From contig JAKAVV010000007.1 of NCBI GenBank assembly GCA_021817145.1, positions 66,957-130,956 on the forward strand: a stretch of DNA of 64,000 nucleotides, written 5' to 3'. Both the position numbers and the translations under genes were made by a program. The first letter of the stretch is position 1; every line of letters begins with the position of its first letter. Source of the DNA: a bacterium (GTDB taxonomy: Bacteria > Vulcanimicrobiota > JABDET01). A model generated the notes under the pieces. That model was not told the origin of the DNA and made no database searches. It was given only the letters and a program-made list of their open reading frames with translations. Below are positions 57,306 through 64,000 of the stretch, one piece after another.

Positions 57306-57574
57306 GCGTTCGATTTCCCTATGCAGACGATTATATTCCTTGCTTCCACAACCACCCAGGCCAACTTGGATACCCATAGGCAATGAAGGAATAGTCTCGT
57401 CTGAGCAGGAATGATCGTTTAAAGCGTTTAATTCAGCAGGAAATCGGGAGGCCGGGAATACCTGAATCACCCTGAATGGAACGTGACCACTCCCCGGAAA
57501 AATCAGGTCAGTTCGCCGGCGGATTCAGGAGGTTGGACGTATTCCTGGCCAAGGAAATTGGAGGGTCATAGAGG

Positions 57575-58669
57575 GTGGCAGAAAACCCGGACGCGGCTTC
57601 ACTAAAATTTGCAGACCTCCTTTCCCAGAGGAAGTGGGAGAGTTATGAGCAATTTGTCTCCGAGGCGCCCGGATTCTATCAACAGGAACTCGAAGAGGAC
57701 ATCAAGCGCGAAGAAGGTCTGCGCGAAAAGATCAGGAAAGACCTTCTCCTTCACAAGTTCGAAGTAAAGAGCTACCGCGATCAGCTTGGTGAGGCAGAGA
57801 AGCTTCTTTTCTCAGGACGTGTTATAGCCATAGACGGGACCGTCTCAAAATTTAAAACCCTCTCAGGCCTGCGCTGCCAGATCGGCGTGGTGGCGGTAAA
57901 CTACTTCAATGATATGGTAAGGAAAGCTTACTTCATCTCAGAAGCCAGCCTCCGCAATGAGGAAAGCGAAGTCCTGGAAATCATCAAGAACCGCGAACAG
58001 CGCAATCGTCTCCTCTCTGACATGGTGGTCAGGGCACTTATGCTTTACCGCGAAAGGGAAGTTGCCATGAGGTCCGAGTATCTGGAAAGTTTCAGAATGC
58101 TGCACGGCCCTCTCCTTCCATTTGAGCTCATGACAGGCCTCGGACGCTTAAGGGCCCTGGAAGCAACGCTGGGGATACTCCAGTCGGTGGCAGCCGATCC
58201 AAAGTGCTTCAGCATTATTTCGGCCTCCACCCACGATGACTACCTGACGCTCGGGATGGCTCTTGAGCCGGGCGAATATATGCGGGACCCGAATTTCTCG
58301 CTCGGAGATGAGATAGCAGAAAACAAGGACTTCATGGTGGCTGAAAAATGGCGAGAATCTGAATTCGAAAGAGTAAAGGGTTTCTTGAGGACATTCGCTG
58401 ATAAGATTCACATAGGAATAATCCGGGTGTCCGGACACCCTTACGTGTTTTACGCCCACAAGGACACGTTTGATCTTGCAGTAGCCATTATCGCAAGAGA
58501 CTCCTTGCTCCAGAAGGAAAAAGGCTTCCCGTTGCTGGTGGACTATGCAGACACACTTTGCTCCGAATTCTTCCCTCCAGGGGACTTCACCGGTCAACTT
58601 TTATACAAACTTGCACAGGAAGGACACTTCCTTTCCGAAATAAGTGAAAGGGCTTTGCGTCAAAAATAA
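57575..58669 (+). CDS. NurA-like nuclease (putative)
   Basis: RVIAIDGTVSKF resembles the NurA catalytic 'hhAIDGS' motif. The ORF overlaps the downstream HerA-like gene by 26 bp. Confidence 0.45.
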   Translation: MAENPDAASLKFADLLSQRKWESYEQFVSEAPGFYQQELEEDIKREEGLREKIRKDLLLHKFEVKSYRDQLGEAEKLLFSGRVIAIDGTVSKFKTLSGLRCQIGVVAVNYFNDMVRKAYFISEASLRNEESEVLEIIKNREQRNRLLSDMVVRALMLYREREVAMRSEYLESFRMLHGPLLPFELMTGLGRLRALEATLGILQSVAADPKCFSIISASTHDDYLTLGMALEPGEYMRDPNFSLGDEIAENKDFMVAEKWRESEFERVKGFLRTFADKIHIGIIRVSGHPYVFYAHKDTFDLAVAIIARDSLLQKEKGFPLLVDYADTLCSEFFPPGDFTGQLLYKLAQEGHFLSEISERALRQK

Positions 58670-60368
58670 GGAGGACTTCATGACCGAAATCATAACAGGG
58701 GAAGCGCAGAAAGGTACCGATAAAACAACCCCCTCGCAGCAGCGAAAGGATCCCCTCGGGTTCGTGAATTTTGACGGGTCTTCTGGAGACAACAGCCTCG
58801 TCGATGTGCGGGTACCCCAGGATAGAATCGAAAGAATAAGGCGGGGGCAGTACGTGTTATTGATTGAGTCCAAAGGGGGAGATTCCTACCTGGGGCGCGT
58901 AACCAAAGGCCCCTTCTATAACCCGGACGCGGTCGGGCGTGACTCGGGCTTTGCGAAAGCCTCAATCCTCATGGGAGACAAAGTAAAATTCCTGCCGGAC
59001 TACCACGCAGTTTGCATGGTGGAAATCCTGGGAAGCGTATATCTGGACACCCTGTCGCTGAGCGGCCATACAACACGTCCCCTTCCAAAGACATTCGTCT
59101 GGGAACTCGATGAAAATAAGATTGAGGAATTACTGAATCTCAGGGGAAACATGTACCTGGGACACCTCGCGGGCTACGAGGGTGTCCGAGTTCACTTCCA
59201 GGCAGGCGACAAAAGGGTATTGCCTCGAAACGTCGGCATTTTCGGGACAGTGGGTTCCGGAAAAACCAACACCTCTCAGGTCCTGATCGAAGAGGCCTCT
59301 GCAGCAGGGTATGCTGTCGCCGTCCTTGACGTGGAAGGCGAGTACGTTTCCATGGACAGATCGAGCGAAGAGTTATCCGTCAGTCCCAGGTTGCGGGAAG
59401 CCGCCAGTCGCTTTGGAATTTCCCCTCGCGGAATCGACAGCCTGCGCGTTTACCGGGTGACGGGAACCGAGTCAAAGAGAAAGGATGCCATCGAGTTCTG
59501 CATAAAATTCGGAGACATTTCCCCGTACACACTGTGCGAGATAATGGGGCTCAACGAAGCTCAGGAACATAGATTTCTTGAACTCTACGACACTGCAGTG
59601 GAATCAGTGAGATCCGGCAAACAGCAACCCGGCGCGAAATCAAAGTGGGACAGACTCAAGGGTGGAGAAGCGGTGGTAGGGTTGGATCGCATCCCGGAAC
59701 TTACGTTGCAACTTCTCATTGATAAACTGCGAACAGACTTTCTCACGGGATCAAAGGGAGCCGACCGGTCCTCCTGGCTTAAGGTGAACCAGTTGCTCCA
59801 TAAACTGAAGCGATACCAGATTTTTGATACACACGAACAGGGATTGAACGTAAACGACCTTCTGACGCCAGGTCGGGTGAGCATATTTGATCTGAGCGAT
59901 TCCACCAACACGAGAATCAATAACATTGTCATCGCAGACATTCTCAGGCGCGTTTTTGATCACAAACTGAACAACGAAGATGCTCCTCCGACCCTGATCA
60001 TGATTGAGGAAGCGCATACTTTTGTAAGCCGCGAAAACGTATCGAAAATGGAATTTACAGTGGATCAGCTTCGGGAAATCAGCAGAAGAGGGCGCAAGCG
60101 ATGGCTGGGACTCTGCTTCATCTCCCAGCAGCCTGCTCATCTTCCTGACGAGCTGTACGAGCTCTGCAACACAAAAATCATTCACCAGACGACCGGCAAG
60201 AAAAACCTGGATGCCCTTCGCACTTCTGCAGGAAATGTGAACGAAGCGGTCTGGAGCGAAGTCCCGATCCTGGGCCAAGGTCGTAGCGTGATCATCAGCC
60301 CGCAGTTCACGCACCCCGTTCTCTGCGACATGAGGCCATGTCAGACGCACAGGGAATACACGGATTGA
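58644..60368 (+). CDS. HerA/DUF87-family ATPase
   Basis: The Walker A GIFGTVGSGKTNTSQ and Walker B LIMIEEAHTFVS are present. The C-terminal motif is CFISQQPAHL...CNTKIIHQ. Confidence 0.75.
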   Translation: MKGLCVKNKEDFMTEIITGEAQKGTDKTTPSQQRKDPLGFVNFDGSSGDNSLVDVRVPQDRIERIRRGQYVLLIESKGGDSYLGRVTKGPFYNPDAVGRDSGFAKASILMGDKVKFLPDYHAVCMVEILGSVYLDTLSLSGHTTRPLPKTFVWELDENKIEELLNLRGNMYLGHLAGYEGVRVHFQAGDKRVLPRNVGIFGTVGSGKTNTSQVLIEEASAAGYAVAVLDVEGEYVSMDRSSEELSVSPRLREAASRFGISPRGIDSLRVYRVTGTESKRKDAIEFCIKFGDISPYTLCEIMGLNEAQEHRFLELYDTAVESVRSGKQQPGAKSKWDRLKGGEAVVGLDRIPELTLQLLIDKLRTDFLTGSKGADRSSWLKVNQLLHKLKRYQIFDTHEQGLNVNDLLTPGRVSIFDLSDSTNTRINNIVIADILRRVFDHKLNNEDAPPTLIMIEEAHTFVSRENVSKMEFTVDQLREISRRGRKRWLGLCFISQQPAHLPDELYELCNTKIIHQTTGKKNLDALRTSAGNVNEAVWSEVPILGQGRSVIISPQFTHPVLCDMRPCQTHREYTD

Positions 60369-60372
60369 CAGG

Positions 60373-62625
60373 ATGAAGCAGCAGACAGAAACGGGCTCTG
60401 GTCAGGCGAAATTCAGGCCAAAGGCGCGGCTGGTTTCGATCCTCGGTGAGCATCTCATCCGGGATGGAACGGTTGGAATACTCGAGCTGGTCAAAAATGG
60501 TTACGATGCCGACGCATGCACGGTGAACGTGGAGCTACACGATCTCCAAAATCCCGAAGCAACGCGAATCATTGTAAAGGATGACGGGGTAGGAATGACC
60601 CTCAATCAGTTTTTGCATGAATGGCTGGAACCGGCATCTGGTCATAAGGAGCTCCAGAAGAAAAGAGGGCAGAGAACACAAAAAGGGCGCCTGCCTCTTG
60701 GCGAAAAAGGGGTAGGCCGGTTTGCCGCACACAAGCTGGGAAAATCCCTACACCTGATCACAAGGGCGAAGAATTCGCCGGTGGAGGTGGTGGTTGAAAT
60801 CGACTGGGGAGACTTTGATGATCCGGAAAAATTCCTCGACGATGTTACGGTGAATTGGGTCGAACGAAAGCCCGATGAATTTCCAGGAGATAGCAGCGGC
60901 ACATCGCTGGATATGCGCGGGGCGCGGGAAGCCTGGAGCCAGAAAGACCTCAAGCGACTTCATCGCGCCCTGACGACCCTTATGAGTCCCTTTAAAGGCC
61001 CGAAGAATTTCACCGTTAACCTCAAGTGTCCAGAATATCCACAGTATGAAAGCCTCGTGCCAGCAGCAATTTTCGACCGGGCTCATTACGTTTTTACGGG
61101 AATTATTGACGAACGCGGCACCCTCGAATACGAATACGCTTGCAGGCTACCCCAGTTCAAACCTCGCAATGAAAAGGGTAAAGTGAACCTTCCTCAATCC
61201 ATTAAAGGATGGCTTCCCTCCGATCGCCAGAGCCAATGCGGACCATTTATCCTTCAGCTTTACTACTGGGACCGCAGGAAAGAATATCTGGATCCAGTCG
61301 GCCTCAACAAGAAGGATATCGATCGAATCAATGGTGTCACAATATTCAGAGATGGAATCCGAATTCTGCCATACGGGGATCCAGAGGATGACTGGCTTGG
61401 CCTGAACGCGAGGCGTGTTGACATCCCAACAGAGCGTATCAGCACAGACGGTGTTGTTGCCTCAGTGGAAATAAATCAGGCAGAGAACCCGGGTCTGCGT
61501 GATAAGACAAATCGGGAGGGCCTGATAGAAAACGCTGCCTTCGTGGACATGAAGGATCTCGTGTTTGAAGCCATCACTACCGTATTCGAAGAAGAATGGT
61601 TCAGAGACAGACCCAGGAAAGAGAGCAATCCTGCAAGCACAGTAGAGGCAGCCAGTGGAAAGCTTAAAGAAAACGTCAGGGAGCTGTCATTGCAGAAGAG
61701 CAAAATAACAGAAATCGCCGGTCAGGTTGAAAGCATCGTCAAAGGCGGCGGGAAGATTCCGAAGCCCGTTCACGAACTGCTGGAGACCGTAAATCCACTG
61801 ATCATAACCACATCCACACTCGCAGCAAGTGCAAACGAGTTGAAGACCGCCCATGAAGAGATAGCTCGGGAGTTTGATCTTGAAAGAGATGTACTCCTCG
61901 GGATGGCTGGTCTGGGCCTTGCAGCCGAACGCTTTACCCACGAGTTTGCAAGGCTCACGAGGGAAGCTTCGCAGAATCTGAAGAAACTCAAGACATCGCT
62001 GGGACAGGCAAGTCCGGAGGCCTCAAGATACCTTGAAGCCCTTGAAGCAGCGCTCGATGCCCTTCGAAATGACATCCTTTCTCTCGGTCCCCTGTTCTAC
62101 GTAAGGCGGCCGACGAGGGAGAAATCCCTTTCCGTCAAAAGAGTTATAGATAACGTGTTGCTCCTCAATGCACAGCAAATCAAAGAAGCAAGGATACAGG
62201 TAGAAGTGAAGGAGAAGTTTCCCATTACAGTCGTCATGCGCGAAGGGCAGTGCACGCAGGTATTTAACAACCTCGTTGACAACGCAGTTTTCTGGCTTTC
62301 GAGAAAATCTCAGCAAGACGACAGGAAACTCAAAATCGTGATTGATGGCGACAGCCGTTCCGTCCTGGTCACGGATAACGGTCCCGGTGTCCTTCCGAAA
62401 TATGTCGACCGGCTCTTCCAGCCATTTTTCTCGACTAAACCGGAAGCCAGGGCAGAAGGAAGAGGCCTCGGTCTTTATATATCACGGGAAACATTGAAGC
62501 TTGTTGGAGGGACAATTTCTCTGACAGGCAGTAGTTCAGATGAAGAAGCATTCCCAACAGGAGCAGCGTTCGAGGTGATTTTTCCTGAGACAGCAACCCG
62601 CGAGACGGAAGGTCGAGGAGCATGA
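60373..62625 (+). CDS. Hybrid protein: N-terminal GHKL (MORC/Hsp90-type HATPase) domain plus C-terminal histidine-kinase core (DHp-like region plus HATPase_c)
   Basis: The N-terminal region has ILELVKNGYDADA (N-box), VKDDGVGMT (G1) and GEKGVGRFAAHKLG (G2). The C-terminal region has ERFTHEFARLT (candidate H-box), NLVDNAVFW (N), VTDNGPGV (G1) and GRGLGLYISRETLKLVGG (G2). Confidence 0.65.
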   Translation: MKQQTETGSGQAKFRPKARLVSILGEHLIRDGTVGILELVKNGYDADACTVNVELHDLQNPEATRIIVKDDGVGMTLNQFLHEWLEPASGHKELQKKRGQRTQKGRLPLGEKGVGRFAAHKLGKSLHLITRAKNSPVEVVVEIDWGDFDDPEKFLDDVTVNWVERKPDEFPGDSSGTSLDMRGAREAWSQKDLKRLHRALTTLMSPFKGPKNFTVNLKCPEYPQYESLVPAAIFDRAHYVFTGIIDERGTLEYEYACRLPQFKPRNEKGKVNLPQSIKGWLPSDRQSQCGPFILQLYYWDRRKEYLDPVGLNKKDIDRINGVTIFRDGIRILPYGDPEDDWLGLNARRVDIPTERISTDGVVASVEINQAENPGLRDKTNREGLIENAAFVDMKDLVFEAITTVFEEEWFRDRPRKESNPASTVEAASGKLKENVRELSLQKSKITEIAGQVESIVKGGGKIPKPVHELLETVNPLIITTSTLAASANELKTAHEEIAREFDLERDVLLGMAGLGLAAERFTHEFARLTREASQNLKKLKTSLGQASPEASRYLEALEAALDALRNDILSLGPLFYVRRPTREKSLSVKRVIDNVLLLNAQQIKEARIQVEVKEKFPITVVMREGQCTQVFNNLVDNAVFWLSRKSQQDDRKLKIVIDGDSRSVLVTDNGPGVLPKYVDRLFQPFFSTKPEARAEGRGLGLYISRETLKLVGGTISLTGSSSDEEAFPTGAAFEVIFPETATRETEGRGA

Positions 62626-63791
62626 AAGTCATCTTGCTGGATGATCACGCCGATACAATGGAGGAAGCTATCAGGTCCATTCGTGATTCGGGTGTGCAAT
62701 GTGAGCCCCTCAGGAACATCAGCGAACTCGAAAACTTACTGAACAAAGGTGAACCCTTTGATGGTGTAATCCTCGACTGGTTCCTGGACGACGAACCGGA
62801 CTCCAACCTTGCTAAAATTAGTCTGCAGAAGATAAGGGAGCATAGATTCGTCCCCGTCTTCGTTTACACCGAACACCGTACAGAATATGAAAGAGAAGCT
62901 GACTCGATTGATTTTCCTAGATCCTGCATAAGCTCCTTCAGCAAGAAAGCTTTGCCCGAGTCCAATCTTGGCGCGAAGATCAAGGAATGGCTTGACGGGT
63001 TTTTCGCAGGAAAAATTTCCAGAAGCTGGCGGAAAGCAAACCAGGGCGCAATCGAGAAGGTTCTCTATGAACTGGCCAGCATGGACGATGACGGAGTTGT
63101 AGGCTCCCTACAACGCATGATCCAGAGTGAAAATGGAGAAGCATACGACGTTGATCACGCCCTTGAGTTGCTGCACCGAATCAGCGTGCGAGTGCTGTCG
63201 AATGATGCGAAACTGCGGAGCATCCTTAAAAGTTGCTTAAAGTCCAAAACAAACAATAAAAAAGCGACTGAAATGAAAATTTGGCAATTCCACATGTATT
63301 ACCAGCCAGGCGGCGACATCGTCAGGGCTGGTGACATTGTTCAGAGCAAACGGGACAGTCATGAGGAAATGGAATATTTCGTAATCCTTACCCCGGCCTG
63401 CGATCTCGCCCAGTTTAAAACCACATACCTGCGTCTCGTGAGAATGATCCCACATAACTTCGCTGATGGAGAACCACCTCGACACCTTTATTTCCTCCCG
63501 TTCGTTCCGCTGGATGCCACGAAGATCGCTGATTTTGCAATTGACTTTCATCAGTCCTTTGCGGTTCGCAATGAGAGCATCGAACAGGAATGGCAAAAGC
63601 TACAGAAGGAGAAAGGTCAGAAAAAACTGCCAAAGATCAACATGGCTTACAGCCACAAGTATCAAGAGATGTCTGGAGAAGGAATCGTCTTGAAGTGCAT
63701 TGCCCGCCTGGATGATCCTTACAGATCCGATCTTTTCCAAAAATTCTCCTCCCACGCAAGCAGAATTGGAGTACCAGATGTGTCGAGCTAA
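62622..63791 (+). CDS. Receiver (REC)-domain protein with an uncharacterised roughly 260-aa C-terminal domain
   Basis: The N-terminus MKVILLDDHADTMEE...FDGVILDWFL has the acidic pocket and a phospho-acceptor Asp candidate. The start overlaps the kinase stop as ATGA. Confidence 0.5.
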   Translation: MKVILLDDHADTMEEAIRSIRDSGVQCEPLRNISELENLLNKGEPFDGVILDWFLDDEPDSNLAKISLQKIREHRFVPVFVYTEHRTEYEREADSIDFPRSCISSFSKKALPESNLGAKIKEWLDGFFAGKISRSWRKANQGAIEKVLYELASMDDDGVVGSLQRMIQSENGEAYDVDHALELLHRISVRVLSNDAKLRSILKSCLKSKTNNKKATEMKIWQFHMYYQPGGDIVRAGDIVQSKRDSHEEMEYFVILTPACDLAQFKTTYLRLVRMIPHNFADGEPPRHLYFLPFVPLDATKIADFAIDFHQSFAVRNESIEQEWQKLQKEKGQKKLPKINMAYSHKYQEMSGEGIVLKCIARLDDPYRSDLFQKFSSHASRIGVPDVSS

Positions 63792-64000
63792 CACGAATTC
63801 CAAATGAGGCTCACCATGAGGTGTGATCGTGAAATTTTCAAGCATTAAAATAAAACCTGACGTAAGTAACCTTCCTGACCTGCGGCATCCCTTCTGGATA
63901 GCATCCAGTCACCTGACGCAAACCGAAAGTGCCATCGATAGGTGGGCAGAGTATGAGCCAGCTGCTCTCACCCTCAAGACAAGCATGAAAACTCCAACTC

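Noticed and set aside
58148-60350. Long minus-strand ORFs in the island (58148..58597, 59751..60350, 58690..58965, 60642..61086 and others) were considered as genes.
   Set aside because: The higher G+C lowers stop-codon frequency in antisense frames. The plus-strand genes have clear family motifs, and the antisense ORFs have none.
1-64000. CRISPR arrays, rRNA, tRNA, integrase/transposase and phage structural genes were looked for.
   Set aside because: No regularly spaced short direct repeats with unique spacers, no rRNA-like conserved stretches, and no recombinase or transposase motifs were seen in any translated frame of the window.

Overview
This is a low-G+C bacterial chromosomal segment, roughly 40% G+C by sampling a few lines and not computed. 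It is dense with housekeeping genes: gyrA, ispG, dapB, lysA, rpe, glpX, dps, hbd, ruvX/yqgF and the tsaE-tsaB-rimI-tsaD cluster. It also carries many secreted, low-complexity or repeat proteins. No rRNA, tRNA or CRISPR array was recognised. Two accessory loci stand out. The first is a small defence/toxin-antitoxin islet at about 15.1-19.6 kb. It holds a β-class DNA methyltransferase carrying an HTH, a 125-bp remnant of a second copy of that methyltransferase, an orphan hicB, a complete hicA-hicB pair, and a protein with a PD-(D/E)xK-like motif. About 67-bp direct repeats, each carrying a terminator hairpin, bracket the hicAB + nuclease segment, and an SNF2/SWIM helicase sits next door. The second locus runs from about 55.6 kb to the window end and has visibly higher G+C, more than 50% in sampled lines, consistent with horizontal acquisition. 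It encodes a C5-cytosine methyltransferase translationally coupled to a MutY/EndoIII-family [4Fe-4S] glycosylase, resembling the Mig.MthI arrangement. Downstream is a tightly packed four-gene operon. Its genes are a NurA-like nuclease, a HerA-like ATPase, a hybrid protein with an N-terminal MORC/Hsp90-type GHKL ATPase fused to a histidine-kinase core, and a receiver-domain protein with an unknown C-terminal domain. This NurA-HerA + two-component module is the best candidate for an undescribed defence or signalling system. A second, solitary HerA-like ATPase with a shifted Walker A lies just upstream in host-G+C sequence. All calls rest on motif reading of the supplied translations; no database searches were run.
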